A stretch of DNA of 59,358 nt. Source: an uncultured Acetobacteraceae bacterium. Lineage in GTDB: Bacteria > Pseudomonadota > Alphaproteobacteria > Acetobacterales > Acetobacteraceae. Position 1 is the stretch's first letter. Each line of letters opens with the position of its first letter. Positions 24,932 through 33,556 of the stretch are shown here, in pieces. The notes beneath the pieces are model-generated. The model ran no database searches and had not been told where the DNA came from. It saw nothing but the letters and a program-made list of their open reading frames with translations. Position numbers and translations under genes: made by a program. The stretch covers positions 1 to 59,358 of the forward strand of contig CAXUCZ010000001.1 in the NCBI GenBank assembly GCA_964249675.1, given 5' to 3'.

Positions 24932-26101
24932 ATGGATCTCACTTCCGCCAAGCGCGTCATGCTGCGCACCCACGTCGCGGCGCTGCACGGTGCCCATCGT
25001 GCCAACGCGATCGAGATGGTCGCCGGTCCCGGCATCGGCAAGTCCGACAGCGTGCGCCAGTCATGCGCCGAGCTGGCTGCGTTCATCAACGAGCCGGTCG
25101 GTCTCGTGACTTTCATGCTGGCCACCGTGTCGAGCGTCGACATCCGCGGCTTCATGCTGCCGATCAAGAACGCATCCGGCGGCATGGACAGTCACTTCAG
25201 CGTGCCGCCGTGGTATCCCACGCGGGCCAACGTCACCGTGTTCACGCCCGACGGCACCACCCACCACATGGGCAGCTTCACCGGCGACGTGCCGCGTGTC
25301 GGCGTGCTGTTCCTCGACGAGTTCGCGCAGGCCGAGGACGACGTCAAGAAGCCTGCCGCCGAGCTGCTGCTGCATGGCTGCGTCGGCACCACCAGCCTGC
25401 CCGTCGGCTGGCGCGTGCTCGCAGCGTCCAACCGCATGTCGGATCGCTCCGGTGTCATGCGTGCGATGGCGTTCATCACCAACCGGCGCAACGAGATCAA
25501 GGTCGATGCGTCACTACCGTCGTGGATATCCTGGGCCAACGCGCAGCCCGACGCGACGCGTCCGCACTATCTGACACTGTCGTTCGCGCAGAAGAACCCT
25601 GGGCTCGTGTTCCGCGACGCCGTGCCGCCCGGCTCGGATCCGTTCTGCACGCCGCGCACGCTGTGCCTGCTCGATGCCGACCTCAAGGCGTTGCGCAGCC
25701 CCGAGGAAACTGCTGCTGATCGCATGCCGACCGATGCGATCGCGCGCGAGGTGGCGCGTGGCTGGATCGGCGAGGGCGAGGCGGCGCAGTTCTTCACGCA
25801 TATAAAATATGCCGACGAGCTGCCCGAGATCGACGACCTGGTCGCGGCACCGACCAAGGCCAAGCTGCCGCCCAACAAAGATGCGCAGATGGTCTGCGGC
25901 TACATGCTGGCGCACCACGTCAACGACAAGACTGCCGGTCCGATCATGCAGTATCTCGGTCGCCTGCACATCGAGATGCAGGTGCTCGCGGTCAACGCGA
26001 TCATGTCGCACAAGCCGACGCCGCGCGCCGTGCTCGAGCACCCGCTGTTCAAGGCGTGGCTGATCGCCAACAAGGATCTGCTCATGGCCTCGCGGTCGTG
26101 A
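24932..26101 (+). CDS. MoxR/CbbQ-type AAA+ ATPase
   Basis: Walker A GPGIGKSD, Walker B VLFLDEF. 389 aa. Confidence 0.75.
   Translation: MDLTSAKRVMLRTHVAALHGAHRANAIEMVAGPGIGKSDSVRQSCAELAAFINEPVGLVTFMLATVSSVDIRGFMLPIKNASGGMDSHFSVPPWYPTRANVTVFTPDGTTHHMGSFTGDVPRVGVLFLDEFAQAEDDVKKPAAELLLHGCVGTTSLPVGWRVLAASNRMSDRSGVMRAMAFITNRRNEIKVDASLPSWISWANAQPDATRPHYLTLSFAQKNPGLVFRDAVPPGSDPFCTPRTLCLLDADLKALRSPEETAADRMPTDAIAREVARGWIGEGEAAQFFTHIKYADELPEIDDLVAAPTKAKLPPNKDAQMVCGYMLAHHVNDKTAGPIMQYLGRLHIEMQVLAVNAIMSHKPTPRAVLEHPLFKAWLIANKDLLMASRS
25512..25524 (+). repeat. coding variant CACTACCGTCGTG
   Basis: Sense in the ATPase gene (TCA CTA CCG TCG TGG = S-L-P-S-W). TAG here would be an in-frame stop. Confidence 0.8.
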
Positions 26102-26139
26102 GCAGCGACCACCGGAGGGAGCACGACCTGCTCCCTTCC

Positions 26140-26155
26140 AATCACTACCGTAGGG
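26140..26155 (+). promoter_or_regulatory. class I element AATCACTACCGTAGGG
   Basis: 103 nt upstream of ATG 26259. A possible 19-codon TM mini-ORF (26179..26238, MAGLTGILAILLVVLLVTR) lies between. Confidence 0.8.
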
Positions 26156-26258
26156 AATGCCAGCGCCTCGAACGACGGATGGCCGGTCTCACCGGCATCC
26201 TCGCGATCCTGCTGGTAGTCCTCCTTGTCACCCGTTAACCTCCATCCACGGAGATCCT

Positions 26259-26573
26259 ATGTCCATGGCGTCCAGCTTCGACACCCTGCAGGTGGCCAAC
26301 GACCTGACGGCCAACGGCTTCAGCGACGAGCAGGCGCGCGCCCTGGTGGGCGTGCTGCGGACCAGCCACGAGCGCGACGATCTGGTGACCAAGGCCGACC
26401 TGGAGCTTGCCCTTGGCAGGCTCGGGACCGACCTGCGCAGCGACATTGCCGACGCCAGGTTCAGGCACGGCGGCGAGATCAAGGACGCCAAGGTCGACCT
26501 ACTGAAGTGGATGTTCGGGCAGACCGTGGCCCTCCTGGTGGCTGGTGCGGCTCTCATCCACTACATGAAATGA
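26259..26573 (+). CDS. DUF1640-like coiled-coil protein with C-terminal TM anchor
   Basis: ATG 26259 behind GGAG. FDTLQVANDLTANGFSDEQARALV...KWMFGQTVALLVAGAALI. Confidence 0.6.
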   Translation: MSMASSFDTLQVANDLTANGFSDEQARALVGVLRTSHERDDLVTKADLELALGRLGTDLRSDIADARFRHGGEIKDAKVDLLKWMFGQTVALLVAGAALIHYMK

Positions 26574-26591
26574 CACCCTGACTGGACAAGC

Positions 26592-26607
26592 AATCACTAC
26601 AGTAGGG
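26592..26607 (+). promoter_or_regulatory. class I element AATCACTACAGTAGGG
   Basis: 15 nt upstream of ATG 26623. Confidence 0.8.
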
Positions 26608-26622
26608 CAAATTGGAAACACC

Positions 26623-27552
26623 ATGAACGCGATCTCCTCACCCCAGGTTACCCCCGACGTGCTGACCCAGGCCGACATCGCGGACGCGATCCGGGCCACG
26701 GCGCTGCTGGCCGACGTGTCGATCTCGGTCTGGTCCGCTGAGCGCTCCGATGCCTCCATCATGGAGCGCGCCAAGCGCGATGCCGGTGCCACCGGTCATG
26801 TGGGCCGCGCCATCAAGAACCTGCTCGCCGGCTGCGACGCCGGCCTGAAGGATACCCGGTCGGCCTACCAGGCGGTGCGCGCCACCCACTACGCGCTCAC
26901 CCTGCCCTGGGTGTCCGACCCGCATGCCGAGCGCCAGCGCGGTCCGCGGCTGCTGCCGACGGCGCTGTTCCAGATCTACCTGGACCGTATGTCCAAGGCG
27001 ATCCGCGCTGCCAAGCTGCAGCTCGACGCGTTCATCGCCCAGTATCCCGAGCTGGCGGTGCAGGCGCAGGCCAACCTGGGCCAGCTCGCCGGTGCCGACG
27101 AGTATCCCTCGGTCGACGAGGTGCGCCGGCAGTTCCGGGCCAAGTTCGACTTCGAGCCGATCCCCAGTGCCGCCCTGTTCCAGGGCCTGCCCGACGTGTT
27201 CCGCGAGAAGCTGAGCCGCAGCCTGGCTGCCAAGCAGGCGGTCATGCTCGAGAGCGCGCAGTCCGAGATGTGGAACGAGACCGCGACACGGCTCAAGCAT
27301 CTCACCGCCAAGCTGTCCGACCCCGAGGCGCGCTTCAAGTCCGGCACCGTCGAGAACGTGCGCGAGCTGTTGACCCTGCTGCCGGGCTGGAACGTCGGCG
27401 CCGACCCGCGCGTCACCGAGATCGTAAACGACATCAGCCGAATGATCGGCGGCGTTGACAGCGACGCGATCCGAAAGACCGACGGGGTTCGCAAGGACGT
27501 CGCCGAGCAGGCGACCGGCATCGTCCATAAGCTGGCCGGCTGGGGGTTGTGA
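26623..27552 (+). CDS. hypothetical protein between MoxR and VWA genes (DUF3150-like by recollection)
   Basis: 309-aa helical-looking ORF. Confidence 0.7.
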   Translation: MNAISSPQVTPDVLTQADIADAIRATALLADVSISVWSAERSDASIMERAKRDAGATGHVGRAIKNLLAGCDAGLKDTRSAYQAVRATHYALTLPWVSDPHAERQRGPRLLPTALFQIYLDRMSKAIRAAKLQLDAFIAQYPELAVQAQANLGQLAGADEYPSVDEVRRQFRAKFDFEPIPSAALFQGLPDVFREKLSRSLAAKQAVMLESAQSEMWNETATRLKHLTAKLSDPEARFKSGTVENVRELLTLLPGWNVGADPRVTEIVNDISRMIGGVDSDAIRKTDGVRKDVAEQATGIVHKLAGWGL

Positions 27553-27553
27553 C

Positions 27554-27688
27554 ATGACAATCGACGAGTTTAGGCGTCGCGTGGCGGCGTTGGCAGACGA
27601 AAGCGGACTGCCTGATGCTGAAATCAAGCGAACGCTTGAGGATGTTTCAGACGAATACACACCGATATCTGACGACGAAACCGAGTAG
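27554..27688 (+). CDS. small acidic protein
   Basis: ATG 27554 (MTIDEFRRRVAAL...ISDDETE), lower GC than flanks. Confidence 0.45.
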   Translation: MTIDEFRRRVAALADESGLPDAEIKRTLEDVSDEYTPISDDETE

Positions 27689-27720
27689 CGCAGTGCATTT
27701 AATTCAGTCATCGAGCGAGG

Positions 27721-29043
27721 ATGATCGTTATGACCACCACCGAGATCCCCACCCACGAGCACACGCTGCATGAGCCGACCTTCGAGCAGCGTCAGGCGCT
27801 CGACGTGGCCCGCGTCGGCTTCATGTCGGCCTGCCCGTTCTACGCGCACATGTTCTATTCGATCTGTCGCGAGGTGCTGACCCTCGGCGTGCCGACCGCT
27901 GCGACCGACGGTCGTCACATCTTCATCAACCCCGAGTATGTTGCCAGCCTCAAGCCCGCCGAGCGCATTTTCGTCTATGCCCACGAGATGAAGCACGTCG
28001 TCGATCGGCACCCGCAGCGCATGGCGCATTATGCCCGCGAGGGCAAGCTGGGCGGGCTCGACTGGGACCAGCACCTGTTCAACCAGGCTGCCGACTACTG
28101 CATCAACGCCGAGCTGCAGGCCGAGGGCGTCGGCATGATGAACCCGTCGTGGCTCTGGGACGCGCAGACCTCGCCCGAGGACCTGACCGAGGACACCTAC
28201 GCCCGGCACTTCAAGGCCAAGCCGCCGCAGCCGCAGGGCAGCAAGCCCAAGCCGGCGCCGGGCAAGACCCTCGCCGGATCCGGCCACGGCCCGCGCGGCG
28301 TGCCCGGTGACAAGCAGGCCGACAGCCAGGGCGGCGGCTTCGACAGCCTGATGGCGCCGCCGGTCAGCCCCGTCACCGGCAAGGCCGACCTGCCCGACGA
28401 CGGCGAGTTCAAGGAAGCCGTCGCGCGTGCCGCCACCGCGGCCAAGGCGATGGGCAAGCTGCCGGGCAGCCTGCAGCGCAAGATCGACACCATCCTCGAG
28501 CCGCAGGTCGACTGGCGCGAGCATGTCCGCATGGTGATGACCGGCCATATCGGCGCGCGTCGCGAGACCTGGGACAAGCTCAACCGTCGCCGCCTCGTGC
28601 TCAACCCGATGGTCTGCATGCCCGGTCGCCGCGGCTATGGCGCCGAGCTGGTCGCCGTCGTCGTCGACAACTCGGGTTCTATCACCGAGGCCGAGCTGCG
28701 CGCCTACTTCTCCGAGGTCGCCGGCATCCTGGCCGACGTCCGCCCGCGCGAGGTCGTGCTGATCTGGTGCGACGCCGCCGTGCGTCAGGTCGACCGTGCC
28801 AGCTCGCTCGACGAGATGGAGCATATCCGCGTCAAGGGTTCGCCGGGTGGCGGCGGCACCGACTTCAACCCGCCGTTCGACTATCTCGAGCGCGAGGGCG
28901 TGCGGCCCGAGACCCTGATCTACTGCACCGACATGCACGGTCGGTTCCCGGTCCAGGCGCCCGGCTATCCGGTCGTGTGGGCTGCCACCACCAGCGTCGT
29001 GGCACCGTTCGGCGACACGGTGCATGTCAAGGTGGCGGCGTGA
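27721..29043 (+). CDS. zincin-like + VWA (DUF2201-type) protein
   Basis: HExxH (YAHEMKHV) in the N-terminal half. MIDAS-like VVVDNSGS in the C-terminal half. Partner of the MoxR ATPase. Confidence 0.7.
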   Translation: MIVMTTTEIPTHEHTLHEPTFEQRQALDVARVGFMSACPFYAHMFYSICREVLTLGVPTAATDGRHIFINPEYVASLKPAERIFVYAHEMKHVVDRHPQRMAHYAREGKLGGLDWDQHLFNQAADYCINAELQAEGVGMMNPSWLWDAQTSPEDLTEDTYARHFKAKPPQPQGSKPKPAPGKTLAGSGHGPRGVPGDKQADSQGGGFDSLMAPPVSPVTGKADLPDDGEFKEAVARAATAAKAMGKLPGSLQRKIDTILEPQVDWREHVRMVMTGHIGARRETWDKLNRRRLVLNPMVCMPGRRGYGAELVAVVVDNSGSITEAELRAYFSEVAGILADVRPREVVLIWCDAAVRQVDRASSLDEMEHIRVKGSPGGGGTDFNPPFDYLEREGVRPETLIYCTDMHGRFPVQAPGYPVVWAATTSVVAPFGDTVHVKVAA

Positions 29044-29300
29044 TGGCTGGCAGCATGATGGACGGCACCTGGACCGACAGCTCGGGCAAGATGTTCGACC
29101 CGACTACCGGGGTCTCGTGGCGTGCGCAGCTCGTGCGCGCCATGGGTGGCCGAAACCAGCTCACCGACAAGATCGTCGATGTGATCTACCACCAGCACAA
29201 CTACACCGTGAAGTTCACCAATCGCAGCGAGATGCAGTTCCCGCGACGCGACTGGCTGGACGACACCATGCTGGCACGCATCGCACTCGAGGCACCATGA
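29043..29300 (+). CDS. hypothetical protein
   Basis: TGATG-coupled ATG 29043 (MAGSMMDGTW...). Confidence 0.55.
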   Translation: MAGSMMDGTWTDSSGKMFDPTTGVSWRAQLVRAMGGRNQLTDKIVDVIYHQHNYTVKFTNRSEMQFPRRDWLDDTMLARIALEAP

Positions 29301-29509
29301 TGCCCGGTGCTATTGCGCCGCGCAACCGAGCCCGCATAGACGAAATGTATGCCAAGCTGCCCGTTCGCCTCATGGAACGCGTGCTCACAGTGCGGATGAG
29401 TTTCAGCGGCGTTTATATTATTTTCCGGGGCGAGGGCACGATGTATGTCTCTGACAAGGATTGGCTGACCGAGGCAACCGTTGCACTGATTTGCCTGCAA
29501 GCACCTTGA
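29297..29509 (+). CDS. hypothetical protein
   Basis: ATGA-coupled ATG 29297 (MMPGAIAPRN...). Confidence 0.5.
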   Translation: MMPGAIAPRNRARIDEMYAKLPVRLMERVLTVRMSFSGVYIIFRGEGTMYVSDKDWLTEATVALICLQAP

Positions 29510-29521
29510 GCCAGCCTTATC

Positions 29522-29537
29522 AATCACTACCGTAGGG
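29522..29537 (+). promoter_or_regulatory. class I element AATCACTACCGTAGGG
   Basis: 11 nt upstream of ATG 29549. Heads the polymerase operon. Confidence 0.8.
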
Positions 29538-29548
29538 GAGTTCTTCCA

Positions 29549-30292
29549 ATGCCCAACTACAAGATTACTCCCGCGCTGCGCGCCGAGATCAAGTTGCAGA
29601 TCGACGTGCTCTGCGACCGGCGCATCCAGACCTACAACGCCGGGTTTCCGTTCGACCGCATCCAGCTCGAGACCATGGTCAACGAGCCCGACACGCTGAA
29701 GCTCATGCGGACCCTGGACGGTCTCGGCGTCAACCAGCCAAAGAACCCCCACATCGAGCTGATGTTCGATCGCTCGGCCTGGCCCGGCCTGCAGCGCTCC
29801 TGCACCGTGATCGTGCAAGCGCCCAAGCCGATGCTGATGTCGCGCTGTAGCGCGACCTCGCCGTCCGGCCTCAAGTTCACAGCCAACACGGCAACCACCG
29901 GCATGGTGCTGCAGCACGGCATGACGCCGAATGATCGTGCGGCCATCGTTGCGTGGCTCAACGCGATTGTCCGCGAGCGCCGCATCGTCGTCGAGGTGAA
30001 GGATTTCACCAACCAACTGCTGGCCTACTGCGACACGTCCTGCGACCTGCTGGCTGCCTGGCCGATGTTCGCGACGCTGGTCACAGACAGCACCTGGCGG
30101 CAGCGCATGCGTCGTCCGCCGCGCACCATCGGACGCTACGGCAGCAGAGCGCTTGCGTTCCTCAACACCAGCGCGTTCGCCGCCAAGCGTCGTTCAATCG
30201 TTGAAGCCTATCTGCTGGCGGCGCAGATGCTCGACCGGGCGGTGAGCGACGACACCGTCACGCGTGCATATCTCGAGTGCTGGGAGCACTGA
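29549..30292 (+). CDS. hypothetical protein
   Basis: 247-aa ORF preceding the DNA polymerase. Confidence 0.7.
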   Translation: MPNYKITPALRAEIKLQIDVLCDRRIQTYNAGFPFDRIQLETMVNEPDTLKLMRTLDGLGVNQPKNPHIELMFDRSAWPGLQRSCTVIVQAPKPMLMSRCSATSPSGLKFTANTATTGMVLQHGMTPNDRAAIVAWLNAIVRERRIVVEVKDFTNQLLAYCDTSCDLLAAWPMFATLVTDSTWRQRMRRPPRTIGRYGSRALAFLNTSAFAAKRRSIVEAYLLAAQMLDRAVSDDTVTRAYLECWEH

Positions 30293-30295
30293 TCC

Positions 30296-32227
30296 GTGCT
30301 GGTGACGATAGATTTCGAGACCGCCTACTCCACCGAGTATAGCCTGTCGCGCATGAGCGAGGTGGGCTACATTCTCGATCCGCGCTTCGAGATCATCATG
30401 TGCTCGATTAAGATCGACAACGGCGCGACCGAGATCCATATCGGTTTCAGTGCCGTCGCCGCGCGGTTCAAGCAGATCGACTGGTCGCGAGTCGCGGTGC
30501 TGTCGCACAACATGCGGTTCGACGGCGCGATCCTGTTCTGGATCTTCGGCATCACGCCCAAAGCCTATTGCTGCACCCTGAGCATGGCGCGTGCACTCAC
30601 GCACAACGCAGCCGGCGGCAGTTCGCTGGCCAAGGTCGCGAAGTATCTCGGCCTACCGGCCAAGGGCACCGCCGTAGTCAACGCGCGGGGCAAGTGGCTG
30701 CGCGATTTCTCGGCATCGGAACTTCAAGAATACGCAGACTATTGCGTGCACGATGCAGACCTGTGCCACCAGATATTCCAGCGTTTCGTCGCGGTGTTTC
30801 CGCGCTCTGAACTGTCCGTCGTCGACATCACCATGCGGATGTTCATCGAGCCGCAGACGCGCCTGAACATGGAGGTGCTGGCGGTCCACCTCAACGAGGT
30901 GCGTGCGCGCAAGCAGGCGATCATGGCGAAGGTGGCCGTGATCGACAAATCGGTGTTCTCCAGCAACCAGAAGTTCGCGGCCCTGCTCGAGGCACACGGT
31001 GTTGAGGTGCCGATGAAGGAAAGCCCGGCCACGGGAGAGCTGATCCCCGCACTCGCCCTCGGCGACCGCGAGTTCAAGGAACTGCGCGACGACGACAGCC
31101 AGCCGCTGGATGTGCAGCTGCTGCTGGCCGCGCGTGTCGGCGCCAAGAGCACGCTCGAGGAGACCCGCACCGACAAGATGCTGGCGCTCTCACTACGGTC
31201 GTGGCCGGACGGCACCACCGGCTGGTGTCCGGTGCCGCTGAAATACTACGGCGCGCACACCGGACGGTTCTCGGGCGACGGCGGGTTCAACTTCCAGAAT
31301 TTCAAGCGGCACTCGCGCATCAAGGAAGCGATCGAGGCGCCCGCCGGCATGGCACTGGTGCACCGTGACAGCTCGCAGATCGAGGCCCGCATGGTGGCCT
31401 GGATGTCTGGCTGCACGCACCTGCTGCTGGCGTTCGCCGAGGGGCGCGACATCTACAGCGAGTTCGCGACCGCGGTCTATGGCCGCATCATCACGCGTGC
31501 CGACAAGTCCGACCGGTTCGTCGGCAAGACTTCTATCCTGGGGCTCGGCTACGGCATGGGCGCGGAACGCTTCATGCAGACCCTGTTCATCGGGGCAGGT
31601 GGCATCTCGCGACGCATCGACGAGCAGGAGGCCGTCCGCATCGTTGACCTGTATCGGGCGACCTACCCCGAGATCCCTACGCTCTGGCGGCGTGCCAACG
31701 CCATGCTGCACCACATGGTCATGGCCGCGCGCGAGGCGCGCACACCCCAGGGCATGAACCCGCCGCCGAGCCCGGTGCCGACCCCAGGTCCTGCGCAGCT
31801 CTTTCCGGCGATCGAGTGGAGCGGGGACGCCCTGTGGCTGCCCAACGGGCTGGCCATACAATATCCAGGGCTGGACTACGACACCACCACGCAGGCGAAC
31901 GGCTTGCACGGACACGAGATCCGCTACACGAAGTTCAAGGGGCGGACCAAGCTGTTCGGCGGCAAGGCCGTCGAGAATGTCAGTCAGGCGCTGTCGCGCA
32001 TCGTGATCACCGACGCAATGCGAAGGATCAAGGCGGACACTGGATACTCGCCTTTCCTGACCACGCATGATAGCTTGGACTATTGCGTGCCCGAGGGTGA
32101 CGCAGCGGCGATGAATACCCTCCTGGAAGCCGAGTTCGCGGTGCGCCCGTCCTGGGCGCCGACCCTGCCGCTGGCATCCGAAGGCGGGTATGGCAAGCGT
32201 CTGACCGACGCAGAACTGGGAGTATGA
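30296..32227 (+). CDS. polA: family A DNA polymerase with 3'-5' exonuclease
   Basis: Exo motifs IDFET, HNMRFDG, YCVHDAD. Pol motif A DSSQIEAR, motif B RFVGKTSILGLGYG, motif C THDS. Confidence 0.85.
   Translation: MLVTIDFETAYSTEYSLSRMSEVGYILDPRFEIIMCSIKIDNGATEIHIGFSAVAARFKQIDWSRVAVLSHNMRFDGAILFWIFGITPKAYCCTLSMARALTHNAAGGSSLAKVAKYLGLPAKGTAVVNARGKWLRDFSASELQEYADYCVHDADLCHQIFQRFVAVFPRSELSVVDITMRMFIEPQTRLNMEVLAVHLNEVRARKQAIMAKVAVIDKSVFSSNQKFAALLEAHGVEVPMKESPATGELIPALALGDREFKELRDDDSQPLDVQLLLAARVGAKSTLEETRTDKMLALSLRSWPDGTTGWCPVPLKYYGAHTGRFSGDGGFNFQNFKRHSRIKEAIEAPAGMALVHRDSSQIEARMVAWMSGCTHLLLAFAEGRDIYSEFATAVYGRIITRADKSDRFVGKTSILGLGYGMGAERFMQTLFIGAGGISRRIDEQEAVRIVDLYRATYPEIPTLWRRANAMLHHMVMAAREARTPQGMNPPPSPVPTPGPAQLFPAIEWSGDALWLPNGLAIQYPGLDYDTTTQANGLHGHEIRYTKFKGRTKLFGGKAVENVSQALSRIVITDAMRRIKADTGYSPFLTTHDSLDYCVPEGDAAAMNTLLEAEFAVRPSWAPTLPLASEGGYGKRLTDAELGV
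31191..31203 (+). repeat. coding variant CACTACGGTCGTG
   Basis: Sense in polA (TCA CTA CGG TCG TGG = S-L-R-S-W), same frame as copy 25512. Confidence 0.8.
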
Positions 32228-32243
32228 GCGTGGCTTTGCCAAA

Positions 32244-32259
32244 CCCGACGGTAGTGATC
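32244..32259 (-). promoter_or_regulatory. reversed intergenic copy GATCACTACCGTCGGG
   Basis: Between polA and the nuclease gene, pointing against both. Immediately followed by GCCGAATGATC. Confidence 0.6.
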
Positions 32260-32275
32260 AGCCGAATGATCAACC

Positions 32276-32947
32276 ATGGCTGACGCCAAGTTCGCCTGGA
32301 GCTACAGCGCGCTCAAGAACTTCGAGACCTGCCCGAAGCGTTACTACCATTACAACGTGTGGAAGGACGTTAAGGAACCCGAAAGCCAGCAGTTGGTGGA
32401 TGGGAATAACCTGCACCGGCATTTCGAGAACCGCATCGCCAAGGGCACGCCGCTGCCGCTCGGATACGGCATGCACGAGCGGCTGCTGGCCAGCGTCGTG
32501 AATGCACCAGGAGAGACCTACACCGAGCAGAAGCTGGCGATCACCAGTGCGTTCGAGCCCAGCGTCTATTTCGGGCCGAACGTGTGGTTCCGCACGCAGA
32601 TCGACGCCGCCAAGGTGCGCGGCGATGGGATTGCCGTCATCTTCGACTGGAAAACCGGCAAGCCCGCTGCCGACATCACGCAGCTCCAGCTCATGGCGGC
32701 AGCGATCTTTATTCACATGCCAGCCGTCCAGCGCGTCAAGGCGGCGCTGGTGTTCGTGGGGCACGATGCGACCGAGAAAGCCGAGTTTACACGACAGGAC
32801 CAGACAGAGATATGGGGAGAGATACTACCTCGGGTCCGGCGCGTGGATAACGCTCGACGTTCTCAGGAATATCCACCCACGCCATCTGGACTTTGTAAGA
32901 AGTATTGCGCTGTCACCTCGTGCCCCTATCACGGACGAGGCGCGTAA
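32276..32947 (+). CDS. PD-(D/E)XK Cas4/RecB-like exonuclease
   Basis: N-terminal Cys (ETCPKRY), IDAAK...IFDWKTG core, C-terminal CKKYCAVTSC cluster (Fe-S type). Confidence 0.7.
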   Translation: MADAKFAWSYSALKNFETCPKRYYHYNVWKDVKEPESQQLVDGNNLHRHFENRIAKGTPLPLGYGMHERLLASVVNAPGETYTEQKLAITSAFEPSVYFGPNVWFRTQIDAAKVRGDGIAVIFDWKTGKPAADITQLQLMAAAIFIHMPAVQRVKAALVFVGHDATEKAEFTRQDQTEIWGEILPRVRRVDNARRSQEYPPTPSGLCKKYCAVTSCPYHGRGA

Positions 32948-32948
32948 A

Positions 32949-33230
32949 ATGATGAAGAACGTGAGGCACAGCGACAGCCAGCTTCGCGAAACGATCTGGG
33001 CGCAGTTGCCGCGTGCGGTAAGCGACCGGCTGTATCTGCTGTTGCGCACGGACGCCTATCGGATCAAGCCGCCGGGTGTCACGTTCACCTGGGCGCTCGG
33101 GCTCAGTTTAGACGTGGTGGTGCCTCTTAGCGACCCCGTCGAGTGCGTGTTGGAGCGCGATCCTGTTACGCAGGAATACACACGACTACCGGACGATATA
33201 GTGTCTCTGCTTTGCCTGACAGTAGTGTAG
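32949..33230 (+). CDS. hypothetical protein (low-GC)
   Basis: ATG 32949 (MMKNVRHSDSQ...). Confidence 0.5.
   Translation: MMKNVRHSDSQLRETIWAQLPRAVSDRLYLLLRTDAYRIKPPGVTFTWALGLSLDVVVPLSDPVECVLERDPVTQEYTRLPDDIVSLLCLTVV
33215..33227 (+). promoter_or_regulatory. degenerate element CCTGACAGTAGTG
   Basis: 13 nt upstream of ATG 33241. Two mismatches in the left half. Confidence 0.35.
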
Positions 33231-33240
33231 ATAATACATC

Positions 33241-33555
33241 ATGGCGGCGACAACACCCGAAGGTAGAATTAAGAACCAGGTCAAGAAAGTTCTTGGTAAT
33301 TACAGCAACCTTTGGTTTAATATGCCCGTTCCCACCGGATACGGCACACCCATGCTCGACTTTATTGGGTGCTATTGCGGACGCGGGTTCGCCATCGAGA
33401 CCAAGGTGCCGGGCAAGAAGCCGACGGCGCGCCAGGCCGCGATGATCGAGGACATGAGTGACGCCGGCATGCTGGTGCTGGTGATCGACGGGCCGCTCGG
33501 GCTCGAGACGCTGCGACTTCTACTCGACAACATGCGTGACATTCAGGAGGGCTGA
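33241..33555 (+). CDS. VRR-NUC domain nuclease
   Basis: D...E-x-K arrangement (MLDFIGCYCGRGFAIETK), about 100 aa. Confidence 0.7.
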   Translation: MAATTPEGRIKNQVKKVLGNYSNLWFNMPVPTGYGTPMLDFIGCYCGRGFAIETKVPGKKPTARQAAMIEDMSDAGMLVLVIDGPLGLETLRLLLDNMRDIQEG

Positions 33556-33556
33556 C

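Noticed and set aside
26638-29025. Very long antisense ORFs: this 795-aa one, plus 33362..35107(-), 45228..48137(+), 48195..50042(+), 50196..51953(+), 52013..54148(+), 42182..44020(+), 1821..3287(+), 7420..8430(+) and 10412..11650(+)
   Set aside because: They are R/G/A/P/H-rich with no motifs, and each lies opposite a gene with clear motifs or natural composition. These are typical shadow ORFs of GC-rich DNA with few stop codons.
30296-32227. Possibility that the 643-aa HDS-containing protein is the missing T7-like RNA polymerase
   Set aside because: It has three 3'-5' exonuclease motifs and DNA Pol A motifs A and B (DSSQIEAR, RFVGKTSILGLGYG). It is also too short for a single-subunit RNAP.
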